Assembly (NCBI GenBank): GCA_937966115.1
Contig: CALCKX010000002.1
Span: forward strand, 19,988-83,987
Reading direction: 5' to 3'
Length of the DNA stretch: 64,000 nucleotides
Source: an uncultured Chloracidobacterium sp.
GTDB taxonomy: Bacteria; Acidobacteriota; Blastocatellia; Chloracidobacteriales; Chloracidobacteriaceae
Shown: positions 35,449 to 45,495 of the stretch, one piece after another
Numbering within the stretch: position 1 is the first letter of the stretch
Layout: each line of letters starts with the position of its first letter
Program-made: the position numbers and the translations under genes
Notes under the pieces: generated by a model
Seen by the model: the letters and a program-made list of their open reading frames with translations, nothing else
The model's database searches: none
Told to the model about the DNA's origin: nothing

Positions 35449-36974
35449 GGCGGCGCGGCGTTCTCCCTCGGGATGCGCTGAAAAATCTGAAGCTCCCCGC
35501 CGCCGGGCGCGGGCAAGACGGCGACGCGGCGGTAAGCTTGATCAAACCAGGCGTCTGCGCGCAGCGCCGGTAGAAGGTCCCAAGTTGGACTGGCGACGTA
35601 CCATTCCGGCGACAGCGCCCTGACGGGCCAGGTCAGGTCGCGCCGGGCGAAATGGGGCAGCGTTTCCGGCGTCGTCAAGCCGCACAAATCTACAATGCGC
35701 TGCTCGCTGTAAAAACCCAGATACCCGACTTCGTGGAAGGCGACGCGCTCGGTCGGGCGGGCATGCGCCCGAAACCACGCCGCCAGCGCGCGGTATGACG
35801 ACGCCCGCCAGTCGCCTTGGTAGGTCGCGACCGCTCGCGCCGATGGCAAGAGGCTCGACGCCAGGCCGAGCGCCGCGACGGTCATCCCCGCCAGGCGAAG
35901 CTTTTCCGAGCGGGCGGCCCGCAGCGATTCAAAGACCGCGACCAGCCCGAGCGCGAAAAAAAGCTGAAGCGAAAGGAAGATGGGAACCTGATACCACCAG
36001 TAGCCCGCGACGCCGAGCGCCGCGTAGCCGCCCGCGTACGCGCCAAGCCAGAGCAGCCACAAAAGCCATTGCCGTCGCGACCGAAAGGCGACGACAACGC
36101 CAACCCCAACCAGCGCCCACCAGGGGCTGAGCAGCGGATGGCCAAGCGCCGGGACGCCCCAGGCGCGCCACCAACTGGTCATTAGCTCGCCGGCGAAGGT
36201 CGGCCAGCCGAGCGCCACCTGCGCTCGCTTGGCGGCGAGGGTCGCCGGAAGAACTTGTCCAAAGGTTGCATAAGCATAGAGCGCCCACAGCGCGAAGACC
36301 GCGCCAAAGCCCAGCGCCGACCAGCCCAGGCGACGCGCGAGCGCCGCCGCGCCCCGATTGCGGACGGTAGCGCGTCGCGCCGCCACAAGCCACTGACCAA
36401 GCGCGGACGCGCCGATGACGCCTAGCGCCAAGACGCCTTCGCCGCGCGTCAGAAACAGCGCTCCGGCGGTCAGCCCGGCGGCGAAATCCCGCCCGACGAG
36501 ATGCAGCGACAGCGTCAGCGCCAGCAGCGCGTGAAACAGAAAAGCCTCCGAGCCGAGCACGCCCAGCGGACCGCGCCAGCCGCCGAATAACGCCGCCAGC
36601 GCGACCACTAGACCCGAAGCGTCGCCCAGGCCCCACGCCCGCCGGAAGAGGAAGAGGATCCAGCCGACGGCAATCCAGGCCAGCGCCGTAAGCCACACGG
36701 CGAGCGTGTCGGCGGGCGCGCCCCGCAGCAGAGCGGCGAGCGCGCCAACCGCCAGCGCCAGGAGCGGGGTCGTCGTGCCAAAGGTCGCCGGCGGATGGTT
36801 GAACACAAAGCCGCGCCCGGCGGCCAGGCTCTTCGCATAGGTCAGCGTGATGTAGGCATCGTCATTGAGGTCAAACCCCTGCCCTAACGCGCACCACAGC
36901 GGAAACAAGCCGGCCAACAGCAACGCCGCCCAGATGAGGCGCGGCGCCGACGGGCCGCCGGCAGCGACGGTCAT
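35445..36974 (-). CDS. Polytopic membrane protein, GT-C glycosyltransferase-like
   Basis: 'DDAYITLTYA...G.GFVFN...GTTTPL', 'TRGEG', many TMs, 'EVGYLGFY...IVDLCGL'. Confidence 0.75.
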   Translation of the reverse strand: MTVAAGGPSAPRLIWAALLLAGLFPLWCALGQGFDLNDDAYITLTYAKSLAAGRGFVFNHPPATFGTTTPLLALAVGALAALLRGAPADTLAVWLTALAWIAVGWILFLFRRAWGLGDASGLVVALAALFGGWRGPLGVLGSEAFLFHALLALTLSLHLVGRDFAAGLTAGALFLTRGEGVLALGVIGASALGQWLVAARRATVRNRGAAALARRLGWSALGFGAVFALWALYAYATFGQVLPATLAAKRAQVALGWPTFAGELMTSWWRAWGVPALGHPLLSPWWALVGVGVVVAFRSRRQWLLWLLWLGAYAGGYAALGVAGYWWYQVPIFLSLQLFFALGLVAVFESLRAARSEKLRLAGMTVAALGLASSLLPSARAVATYQGDWRASSYRALAAWFRAHARPTERVAFHEVGYLGFYSEQRIVDLCGLTTPETLPHFARRDLTWPVRALSPEWYVASPTWDLLPALRADAWFDQAYRRVAVLPAPGGGELQIFQRIPRENAAPP

Positions 36975-37121
36975 GCGCAGACTCGACTTCCTCGCGTAAC
37001 GACGCGGAGACGCAGGGAGCTATTCTCCATCGCCTTCCTTCCCTCCGTCAGCGGCTTGCCCGCCGTCAGCGCGCCTGGCCCTAGCGCGGGGCGGCAGCGC
37101 CCTTCCGCGCAGGAACGCTCG

Positions 37122-38090
37122 CTAGGCGGTCTTGCGGCGACGAGTCGCCGGAACTCCCGCCATCATCGCGCGCGGCGCGGGCGCGACCGCAGCCAGCCGC
37201 CGGTCAAACACGATTGGGGCCGTCTCGAGCGCCGCCGCCGGCTCCGGAATGGCATAATACGCCTGCAAGCGCGCCCAGTCGCAATCCCGAATCGTCACCA
37301 GCGTTCCGCGCGCTTGGCTGACCCAGACATCGCCGATGCGCGAAGCGGATGGCGTCTGGGCGAGACGCTCGCGGGCGATGGCGACATAGCCGGCGTCGAG
37401 TTCCGCGCCGAGGTAGCGCCGTCCGAGCTTCTTTGCCGCGACGAGCGTCGTTCCCGTGCCGGCAAACGGATCCACCACGAGATCGCCCTCATCGGTCGTC
37501 ATCAGGATGAGCCGTTCCAGGACAGCTTCCGGGAGCTGGCAGGGGTGGGCGGCGCGGCGCGAGGCATGCTTGATGCGGTGCAAGTCGCTCCAGACATCGG
37601 AGACCAGCGGGCCAAACGGATGCAGGCCATGCTTTTTGCCGCCGTAGTCCTTGTGCAAGACCTGGCACTTGCGACAGCGCCGGTGCGGGTGCCGGATTTC
37701 ATAAAACTTCTGGCGCCGCTTATCCTTGGCATAAAACAAAATGCCATAGTGACGCGGCATGAGCGTTTTCCCGAGCGGCATTCCGAGCGCATCCCAGGCA
37801 ATCCAGTGGCGAAAGTCCGCCTGCGCGTTGAGGAAGGCGGCGTAATGGGTGAGCCACTTGGGGATGTTGTGAACGAAAAGGCTGCCCGTGGGCTTTGTGA
37901 TGCGCAGCAGCTCGCGCAGCCACTGGCGGCACCAGGCAAGGTATTCCTCGCCGCCCCGGCAGTCGTCATAGCTTTGATACTTTTTGGCCAGATTGAAGGG
38001 CGGGTCGGCAAACGTCAGATCAGCCGTCTCCGACGGCACTTGGCGCAGAATTGCCAGGCAGTCACCGTGCACAACGGTATCGAGGGTCAC
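37122..38090 (-). CDS. Beta-class N6-A/N4-C DNA methyltransferase
   Basis: 'HGDCL', catalytic DPPF, 'HPCQLP..VLER', SAM motif 'DPFAGTGTT'. Confidence 0.92.
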   Translation of the reverse strand: MTLDTVVHGDCLAILRQVPSETADLTFADPPFNLAKKYQSYDDCRGGEEYLAWCRQWLRELLRITKPTGSLFVHNIPKWLTHYAAFLNAQADFRHWIAWDALGMPLGKTLMPRHYGILFYAKDKRRQKFYEIRHPHRRCRKCQVLHKDYGGKKHGLHPFGPLVSDVWSDLHRIKHASRRAAHPCQLPEAVLERLILMTTDEGDLVVDPFAGTGTTLVAAKKLGRRYLGAELDAGYVAIARERLAQTPSASRIGDVWVSQARGTLVTIRDCDWARLQAYYAIPEPAAALETAPIVFDRRLAAVAPAPRAMMAGVPATRRRKTA

Positions 38091-38128
38091 GACGCATACA
38101 ACCTCCGGCGGGAGCTACCCCTGGATGC

Positions 38129-38161
38129 CCCCTTGCTCGAAACCCCTTGCTCGAAACCCTT
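38129..38161. repeat. 14-bp tandem repeat (2 copies plus a partial) in a divergent intergenic region
   Basis: ccccttgctcgaaa ccccttgctcgaaa ccctt. Confidence 0.85.
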
Positions 38162-38301
38162 TGATATAACCTAGAAACTCGGCGTCGCCGCTAGCGACAA
38201 GCGCTGGCGACCAGCTTGATGGCGGCGACGAAGCGGACGCGCGCTATATTCAATCAGCGGGCGCGAAAACGCAACTCGCGCCATCGCCCGGATGGTGCCG
38301 C

Positions 38302-38988
38302 ATGGCTTCTCCAATTGTCATCATCGCCGGTCACTTTCTCGAATGGCGGGCGTATTGGCCGCTTGCCAAGCGCCTTCAGGCGACGCCATTCAACCGGAAA
38401 GCCTGGATTGCGCCGATTGAGCCATACCATTGGTGGCAGTCGTCCGGCGCGAATTTTCGGCCTGTCATCGATGTCCTGGCGGAGTGCGTTGAACGCGTCG
38501 CCGAGAAAACGGGCGAGGCCGTGACGGTGGTCGGGCACAGCGCCGGCGGGCGACTCGCGCGAAAGTTCCTTGGCGAAGACGACTACTGCGGACGCCGCTA
38601 TGCCGGGCATCGCTTCGTCAACGCCCTGGTCTGCCTCGGCACGCCGCACCATAGCTGGGCTGCGGCGAGTTCGGTTTCGACGCGGTGGGCGAACGAGCAT
38701 TACCCCGGCGCGTTCTTCGCGCCGAAAATCCGCTATGTGAGCGTGATCAGTCGCTACATCAAGGGCGACCGCCAGGGCACGCTCGCCGAGCGAGCGGCCT
38801 ACACGATGTATGAAAGCCTGCTCGCCGCGCCGGGCGACGTATGGGGCGACGGCATTGTGCCGGAACCCTGCATGACGCTGGATGGCGCGGAGGTCATTCA
38901 GCTCGAAGGGGTTTACCACCTGCCCGTGCCGTTCGCGACGTGGTATGATGCGCCACGAATTTTGCCTCAGTGGGCTGCCCGCATCTGA
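38302..38988 (+). CDS. Alpha/beta hydrolase (lipase/PGAP1-like esterase)
   Basis: GHSAGG nucleophile elbow, 'LGTPH', 'GDGIVP', 'GVYH'. Confidence 0.85.
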   Translation: MASPIVIIAGHFLEWRAYWPLAKRLQATPFNRKAWIAPIEPYHWWQSSGANFRPVIDVLAECVERVAEKTGEAVTVVGHSAGGRLARKFLGEDDYCGRRYAGHRFVNALVCLGTPHHSWAAASSVSTRWANEHYPGAFFAPKIRYVSVISRYIKGDRQGTLAERAAYTMYESLLAAPGDVWGDGIVPEPCMTLDGAEVIQLEGVYHLPVPFATWYDAPRILPQWAARI

Positions 38989-41900
38989 ATCCGGCGCCGG
39001 CCGCCGAGATCCGCAGCCCGCTGCCTCAGCGCCCGGCGGGGGCGCTCTTCAGCCCTTACGTGTCACGCTTTCTGGTCGGCTTTTACAACCTTGGCGTTCA
39101 GCTTGGCTGGCTTTGCCTATGGTCGGCGCTGGCCCTGGCTTCGGATGTCAAGCCGCTGCGCGACTACACGCTGGATGCCTGGCGCGACGAGTTGCCCCAG
39201 GCAGCGACGCTGGCCATCGCGCAGGATCGGCGCGGCTACCTGTGGATTGGCACCTACGAGGGGCTGGCGCGCTTTGATGGCGCGCGCTTCGTCGTCTTTG
39301 ACAAGCGCCGGACGCCAGCTTTTCGCAATCACAACATCCGGTGCATCTTTGAAGATCGCGCGGGCGCGCTCTGGATTGGCACCTTCGGCGGCGGCGTCGT
39401 CCGCTATCAGGAAGGCGAGTTTGAAAGCTTCGCCACCGAGCAGGGCGTGGCGAGCGACTTTGTGATTGACGTGGCGCAAACGCCCGACGGGACGCTGTGG
39501 CTGGCCACCAGCCGCGGACTGACCTGGCGGCGGGATGGGGAGTGGAAAACCTTCACGACCAAAGACGGCTTGCCGCTGGATAGCCTGCAACAACTGGCGG
39601 TCGCGCCCGACGGCGCGCTGTGGATTGCCACATACGGGCGCGGTCTATCCGTCCTTCGAGATGGCGTCTTTCACAACTATTCGCCGAACGGCGGCAAGCC
39701 GAATGACATTGTTTACGCGCTCCATGTCGCGCGCGACGGAACGGCCTGGGTTGGCACCAACCAGCAGGGCTTGCTTCATCTGAGCGGACAGGGGCAAGTC
39801 CTGGCGCAATATGCGCGCCGGACGGGCTTTCCCGACGACGCCGTTCACGCCATTTACGAAGACGCTGACGGCGCCATCTGGGCGGGCACTGAAAGCGGGG
39901 GGCTGGGGCGGCTCGTCAATGGTCGGTGGGACTGGCGAACCCCCGACGACGGGCTCCTGCACCGTTTTGTTCGCGCTATCTGCCGCGACCATGAGGGAAG
40001 CTACTGGATTGGAACGAACGGCGGTCTCAACCGCCTGCGCGAGTCAAAGATCGTCAACCTCACGAAGTATCATGGTCTGACGGATGCGAACGTCCGCGTC
40101 GTTTTGGAGGACTCGCGCGGGCGGCTCTGGGTTGGTCTCGATGAAGCCGGGCTTGACTGCCTCGAGGACGGGCGGTGGAAGCATTACGGGCTGGCGGAGG
40201 GGCTGAGAACGCTCGGCATTCGCGCCATTGCGGAAGACGCGCGGGGCGACATCTGGCTCGGCCTCAATCAAGGCGGAGTGGCGCGCTTCGACGGCCGTCG
40301 CTGGACCTCCATCACAACCGCGCAGGGGCTGACCAACGACAATGTATATGCCCTCTGCGCGGCGCGCGACGGGACGCTCTGGGCAGGCACCGTCGGCGGC
40401 GGCGTCAATGTGCTCCGCGCTGGGCGAGTCATCCGAACCATTGACCCGCAAAACGATAAAGTCACTGGCGGCAACATTCGGGTCATCGTCCAGGGACGCG
40501 ACGGCGCGATGTGGGTTGGCACCAACGGGCGCGGGCTGCTGCGCATACAGGGCGAGGAGGTGACGCGCTTCACCGTCCGCGAGGGATTGCCCAGCAATTT
40601 GGCGTTCGCCCTCCATGAAGCGGACGACGGCACGCTCTGGATTGGCACCGGCGGGGGGCTTGCCTGGCATCGCGACGGGCGGTTTGGCGTCATCGCCCAC
40701 AAGGACGGCCTCTTTGACGATACGGTTTTCGCTATCGTGCCCGACGCCCAAGACAACTTTTGGATGAGTTGTAACCGCGGCATCTTCCGCCTTGACCGGC
40801 GGGAGCGCGAGGCTTTCCTGGCAGGCGCGCAGGCGCGGGTCAACTGCATCAGCTTCGACATCAGCGACGGGATGGGCGCCAACCAGTGCAACGGCGCTTC
40901 GCAGCCCTGCGCCATTCGCCGCCGGGATGGAACGCTGATATTCGCGACGATTGGCGGCGCGGCCACGGTGAACCCGGCGCGCCTGCCCTCCAACGTCCAG
41001 CCCCCGCCCATCGCCATCGAAGAACTCGTCATTAACGGCGAAACGCGCTTGGTCCAACCGACCCTGACGGTGCCGCCGGGCGCGGAGAAGCTCGACATTC
41101 ACTATGCGGCCCTGAGCTTCCTCGCGCCGCAGCGCATCCGCTTCCGCTTTCGCCTCGAGGGCTTTGACCGAGCCTGGGTCGAGGCCGGAACGCGCCGGAC
41201 GGCGTACTACACCAACCTTCCGCCGGGCAACTACCGGTTTCACGTCACGGCCTGCAACGACGACGGCGTATGGAACGAGGCCGGCGCTACCCTGACCATC
41301 GTCATCCAGCCGTTTTTTTACCAGACGATCTGGGCGCGGGGCCTGCTGGCGTGCGCGCTCGGGCTGCTCGCTTGGGCTGGCTTCCGCTGGCGCACGCTGA
41401 GGCTGCGCCAGCGCGCGGTCGCGCTGGAGCGACAGGTCGCGGTTCGCTCGGCGCAACTTCAGGAGAAAAACGCCGCGCTGGAGCGGGCGCTGGCGGATGT
41501 TCAGGCAGCGCAGCGGGAAGCGCAGGTCAAAAACCGCGAGCTGGCGCGCAAGAACGAGGCGCTGGCGGAACTCCACCGCCGCGCCGACGCAATCTTCACC
41601 GCGCTGACAGATGTGCTGCCAGGGAGGGTGGTTGACGGCAAGTACCGACTCGGCGAGAAAATCGGCGGCGGCGGCTTCGGCGTCGTCTATCGCGCCGAGC
41701 AAATCGCGCTGCAGCGCCCAGTCGCCATCAAGATTTTTCGTCCAAGCGGCAAAAACGCGACAACGACCAGCGTCGAGCGCTTCCGGCGGGAAGGCATTTC
41801 CGCCTGTCGGATCAACCACCCCAACGCCGTGAACGTCATTGATTCCGGCGTGTCGGCGGACGGCATCGCCTACCTCGTCATGGAGCTGCTGCAAGGCGTC

Positions 41901-42620
41901 TCGCTGGCGATGGAACTCAAGCTCTGCGGACGACTCTCCGTGGAGCGCTGCCTAGCCATCATGCTGCCCGTGTGCGACGCGCTGGCGGCGGCTCATGAGT
42001 CCGGCGTCATTCACCGCGACATCAAGCCGGACAATATCTTCCTGCACCAAGCCCCGGAGGGGGAAGTCGTCAAGGTCGTGGACTTCGGCATCGCCAAGCT
42101 CGTCGAGCCGGACGCCAACGACCCGCTGGCGGCCATGACCGAAACGGGCGGCGCGGTCGGGACGCCTATCTACATGGCGCCGGAACGCCTCGATGAGCGC
42201 CCCTACGATGGACGCTCGGACGTTTATAGCGCCGGCATTGTCTTGTACGAAATGCTCTGCGGGCGGACGCCGTTCGCTCCAACCGGGAGCGGGCTGTTCG
42301 GCGTCATCATCGGGCACCTTAGCGAGCCGCCGCCCCCGCTGGAGGGCGTCCCCCCGGCCATTGCCGCGATTGTCCTTCAAGCCTTGGCCAAGTCGCCGGA
42401 AGAGCGCCCCACAGCGCGGGAGCTGGGCGACCGCCTGGCGGCGGCGGCTGGCGTCCCGCCTTACCGCGGGGTGATGGGCGCGACCGAGCGACTGAAGCTG
42501 GAAAGACCGCCCAGCGACGAAGAGGAGGCTGCAACGGTCTTGCCCGAATCGCAGGACACCATCCTGCTGAAACGGTCGCCGACGGAACAGAGTCGCCCGC
42601 CTGAAACGCGCTCCCGCTGA
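38970..42620 (+). CDS. Membrane sensor kinase: Reg_prop beta-propellers + Y_Y_Y domain + TM + coiled coil + Hanks Ser/Thr kinase
   Basis: Repeated 'D..G.LWIGT..GL' blades; 'AYYTNLPPGNYRFHV.A.N.DGVW'; TM; GGGGFG, VAIK, HRDIKPDN, DFG, GTPIYMAPE. Start uncertain. Confidence 0.9.
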   Translation: MGCPHLNPAPAAEIRSPLPQRPAGALFSPYVSRFLVGFYNLGVQLGWLCLWSALALASDVKPLRDYTLDAWRDELPQAATLAIAQDRRGYLWIGTYEGLARFDGARFVVFDKRRTPAFRNHNIRCIFEDRAGALWIGTFGGGVVRYQEGEFESFATEQGVASDFVIDVAQTPDGTLWLATSRGLTWRRDGEWKTFTTKDGLPLDSLQQLAVAPDGALWIATYGRGLSVLRDGVFHNYSPNGGKPNDIVYALHVARDGTAWVGTNQQGLLHLSGQGQVLAQYARRTGFPDDAVHAIYEDADGAIWAGTESGGLGRLVNGRWDWRTPDDGLLHRFVRAICRDHEGSYWIGTNGGLNRLRESKIVNLTKYHGLTDANVRVVLEDSRGRLWVGLDEAGLDCLEDGRWKHYGLAEGLRTLGIRAIAEDARGDIWLGLNQGGVARFDGRRWTSITTAQGLTNDNVYALCAARDGTLWAGTVGGGVNVLRAGRVIRTIDPQNDKVTGGNIRVIVQGRDGAMWVGTNGRGLLRIQGEEVTRFTVREGLPSNLAFALHEADDGTLWIGTGGGLAWHRDGRFGVIAHKDGLFDDTVFAIVPDAQDNFWMSCNRGIFRLDRREREAFLAGAQARVNCISFDISDGMGANQCNGASQPCAIRRRDGTLIFATIGGAATVNPARLPSNVQPPPIAIEELVINGETRLVQPTLTVPPGAEKLDIHYAALSFLAPQRIRFRFRLEGFDRAWVEAGTRRTAYYTNLPPGNYRFHVTACNDDGVWNEAGATLTIVIQPFFYQTIWARGLLACALGLLAWAGFRWRTLRLRQRAVALERQVAVRSAQLQEKNAALERALADVQAAQREAQVKNRELARKNEALAELHRRADAIFTALTDVLPGRVVDGKYRLGEKIGGGGFGVVYRAEQIALQRPVAIKIFRPSGKNATTTSVERFRREGISACRINHPNAVNVIDSGVSADGIAYLVMELLQGVSLAMELKLCGRLSVERCLAIMLPVCDALAAAHESGVIHRDIKPDNIFLHQAPEGEVVKVVDFGIAKLVEPDANDPLAAMTETGGAVGTPIYMAPERLDERPYDGRSDVYSAGIVLYEMLCGRTPFAPTGSGLFGVIIGHLSEPPPPLEGVPPAIAAIVLQALAKSPEERPTARELGDRLAAAAGVPPYRGVMGATERLKLERPPSDEEEAATVLPESQDTILLKRSPTEQSRPPETRSR

Positions 42621-42739
42621 AGCGCCCGCAGGCGACTGCCGGCCCCTTTGGAGGCAGCCGCCCGCTTTTCAGCGGCGGCGTGACAACCATTGGGGATTGT
42701 GATTCAATCGCGGGCCGTCGTTGATAGCGACGAGCCCAA

Positions 42740-42816
42740 CGGGATGTGGCGCAGCCTGGTAGCGCGCACGCTTGGGGTGCGTGAGGTCGCTGGTTCAAAT
42801 CCAGTCATCCCGACCA
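42740..42816 (+). tRNA. tRNA-Pro (anticodon GGG)
   Basis: CGGGATG TGGCGCAGCCTGGTAGCGCG CACGC TTGGGGT GCGTG AGGTC GCTGG TTCAAAT CCAGT CATCCCG ACCA. Confidence 0.97.
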
Positions 42817-42947
42817 CTTTTGACGCTCCGCTCGGCGAGACGGTCCTGACTGCCTCGCCGTTTCGCTTTCAACCGCCGTCCCGCCGCGGCCCGCAGCTCG
42901 CCAAACCGACTTGGCGCGGGTCGCCAATTTAGGCTATTGACCCTGCC

Positions 42948-43703
42948 ATGCCGCTTATCCTCGTAACTAATGATGACAGTATCTACGCGTCGGGGCTGCG
43001 CGCGCTGGTCGAGCGCCTGGAGCCTCTGGGCGATGTGATGGTCGTGGCCCCGGCCAGCGAACACAGCGGCTGCTCGCGCTCGGTGACGCTCGGGCGGCCG
43101 CTGCGCGTGCGCAAGCAGCGCGAGCGGGACGGATGGCATGCGGTCGAAGGCACGCCGACCGATTGCATCGTCCTCGCGCTGCACTGGCTCCTCAAGGGTC
43201 AGCCGCGCCCGGACATCGTGGTTTCCGGCATCAACCGCGGCGCCAACCTCGGCGACAGCGTAACCTATTCCGGCACCGTCGCCGGCGCGCTGGAAGGCGC
43301 GGTCAACGGCATTCCCAGCATCGCGTTCTCGCTGGTGTCGCGGACCGAGTTCGACTACGCGCCGGCCGCCGACTTCGCGCAGCGCCTGACGCGCCGGGTG
43401 CTGCGTTCGGGACTCCCCCCAAATACCTTGCTTAACGTCAACATCCCCCCCGGCCCGATTCGGGGCTATCGCTTCACGCGCACCGGCGCCAAGCTCCTCT
43501 GCACGAATATCGAGGAACGCTTTGACCCGCGCGGCCGGCCCTACTACTGGATTGGCACGGAAGCCGAGGGGCGGGATGAGTCGCCCGACGCGGACTACGC
43601 GGCCATCACTGACGGGCTGGTGGCCATCACGCCGCTGCGCAATGACTTGACCGACCGTAACGCCCTCGCCCAGCTCAAGAGCTGGGAAACCGAAGGCCTC
43701 TAG
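42948..43703 (+). CDS. surE: 5'/3'-nucleotidase SurE
   Basis: ILVTNDD, VVAP, GTPTDC, SGINRGANLG, YSGTV, RGRPYYW. Confidence 0.96.
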   Translation: MPLILVTNDDSIYASGLRALVERLEPLGDVMVVAPASEHSGCSRSVTLGRPLRVRKQRERDGWHAVEGTPTDCIVLALHWLLKGQPRPDIVVSGINRGANLGDSVTYSGTVAGALEGAVNGIPSIAFSLVSRTEFDYAPAADFAQRLTRRVLRSGLPPNTLLNVNIPPGPIRGYRFTRTGAKLLCTNIEERFDPRGRPYYWIGTEAEGRDESPDADYAAITDGLVAITPLRNDLTDRNALAQLKSWETEGL

Positions 43704-43735
43704 GAACGAAGGTTTTTAGGAAAAGGCAGACCGAC

Positions 43736-44497
43736 ATGAAAATCATCACGGCGCTACGGCTGGCGACGACCATCTTGCTGGCGGCGCTCATTCTGCTTGT
43801 CCCGGCGCTGGTCGCGCTTCCCTTCCGGCAACCGGCCCGGACGCGCATCATGACGTATCCATTTCAGCTCTTTTCATATTTGCTTCGGTGGATTTTCGGC
43901 GTCCGGCTCGCCGCCGAAGGACAGCGCCACACCCGCGGCCCGCTGATGAAAAACCATTTGTTCATCAGCAATCACCTGAGCTTGGCGGACACGCCGCTGT
44001 TGCTCTCGCTCAGTCCCTATCCGTTCATCGGCAAGAAAGAGGTCAGGAGCGTCCCCATCATCGCTTTTGCCGGCAACATTGGCGGCAACCTTCTCTTTGA
44101 CCGGGACGACCCGGAAGACCGCAAGCGCATCCACCGCGACGCCGTGCGCCGCATGCGCGAAGTCAGCTCCATCTACCTTTTTCCCGAAGGCTCGCGCAGC
44201 AAGACTGGCGAGCCGAAGCCTGAGCCGCGCTGGGGACTCATTTGGACGGCCTGGCAGGAAAACATCGGCATCGTTCCAATTGCGATTTTTGGCTCGGAGA
44301 AAGTCTTTGAGCAGCTCACCACGCGCGTGTGGATCAAGTATGGTCAGCCCCTCCTGCCGGCTGACTTCAGCACGAAGGAACAGTTTGCCGTCGCTTGCTG
44401 GCAGCGAGTTCATGTCATGTTCAACGAGTTGAAAGCGGCTGCCAAAGCGACGGTTTCCGGCATCGCCATCCAGTCGGCGCAAAGCTCCCGACAGTGA
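43736..44497 (+). CDS. 1-acyl-sn-glycerol-3-phosphate acyltransferase family (PlsC-like)
   Basis: NHLSLAD (HX4D), 'FDR', FPEGSRS, 'IVPIAI'. Confidence 0.88.
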   Translation: MKIITALRLATTILLAALILLVPALVALPFRQPARTRIMTYPFQLFSYLLRWIFGVRLAAEGQRHTRGPLMKNHLFISNHLSLADTPLLLSLSPYPFIGKKEVRSVPIIAFAGNIGGNLLFDRDDPEDRKRIHRDAVRRMREVSSIYLFPEGSRSKTGEPKPEPRWGLIWTAWQENIGIVPIAIFGSEKVFEQLTTRVWIKYGQPLLPADFSTKEQFAVACWQRVHVMFNELKAAAKATVSGIAIQSAQSSRQ

Positions 44498-44509
44498 CCC
44501 GCGCGGCTT

Positions 44510-45457
44510 ATGGAGCGATCTGAGACCATCCCCGCGCCCGCTCCGAATGAACCGCTCTCGGCAAGCGAAAGCGTCGCCCGGAGCGGCTTCGTCGCTCTCG
44601 TCGGGCGTCCAAACGCCGGCAAATCCACGCTCATCAACTACCTGGTCGGCGAAAAGATCGCCGCCGTCTCCGACAAGCCGCAAACCACCCGCTCCCGTAT
44701 CCTAGGCATCGTGACGCGCCCGGAAGGACAGGTGGTCTTCGTGGACACGCCTGGCGTTCACAAGCCGGGCTACCGCCTCAATAAGCGGATGATGCAGGCG
44801 GTTCTTGACGCGCTGGCGACGGTGGATGTCGTCGTGCTGCTGCGCGACGCGTCGGTTTCAACCGGCAACGGCGACCGGTTTACGCTCGATCTGGTCAAGC
44901 AATCCGGCCGTCCGGCGCTCTTGGCGCTCAATAAGACTGACCGCCTGCGCGACAAGGGCAAGCTCCTGACGCTGACCGACTTCTACCGCAACGAACACGA
45001 CTTCCTCGACTACCTCCCCATCTCGGCGCTCACCGGCGAAGGGACGGGAGCGCTTCTCGACTGCCTGCTCCGCGCCTTGCCAGTCGCGCCGCCGCCGTTT
45101 GCCGAAGACGACCTCACCGACCAGACCGAGCGAAAGCTGGTCGCGGAATTTCTCCGGGAACAGCTCCTGCGCCACCTCTCCGACGAGCTGCCCTTTGTCG
45201 TCGCCGTCGCCGTCGAAAAATGGGAAGAGCGCGCGGACGGCGGCCTCAATCTGGCGTGCGTCATTCTGGTCGAGCGACAATCGCAACGCGCCATCGTGCT
45301 GGGACGCGGCGGGCTGCGCCTGCGCGATATGGCGACCGCCGCCCGCGCCGAGATCGAGGCTATGCTGGAACGCCCGGTGTTTCTTGAAATCTTCGTCAAG
45401 GTCGAGCCCCGCTGGCGCAACGATGAGCGTCGCCTGGACGAGCTGGGGATTGGCTAA
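44510..45457 (+). CDS. era: GTPase Era
   Basis: GRPNAGKSTL, KPQTTR, DTPG, NKTD, KH-like C-terminus 'FVKVEPRWR'. Confidence 0.96.
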   Translation: MERSETIPAPAPNEPLSASESVARSGFVALVGRPNAGKSTLINYLVGEKIAAVSDKPQTTRSRILGIVTRPEGQVVFVDTPGVHKPGYRLNKRMMQAVLDALATVDVVVLLRDASVSTGNGDRFTLDLVKQSGRPALLALNKTDRLRDKGKLLTLTDFYRNEHDFLDYLPISALTGEGTGALLDCLLRALPVAPPPFAEDDLTDQTERKLVAEFLREQLLRHLSDELPFVVAVAVEKWEERADGGLNLACVILVERQSQRAIVLGRGGLRLRDMATAARAEIEAMLERPVFLEIFVKVEPRWRNDERRLDELGIG

Positions 45458-45495
45458 AACCTGACTTTATCTTGTCCATTTCGCTACCCGAGAGC

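Noticed and set aside
37056-42816. Possible genomic island next to tRNA-Pro (MTase, hydrolase, sensor kinase)
   Set aside because: No integrase, no duplicated tRNA 3' end, composition matches the host, and the genes lie on the tRNA's 5' side.
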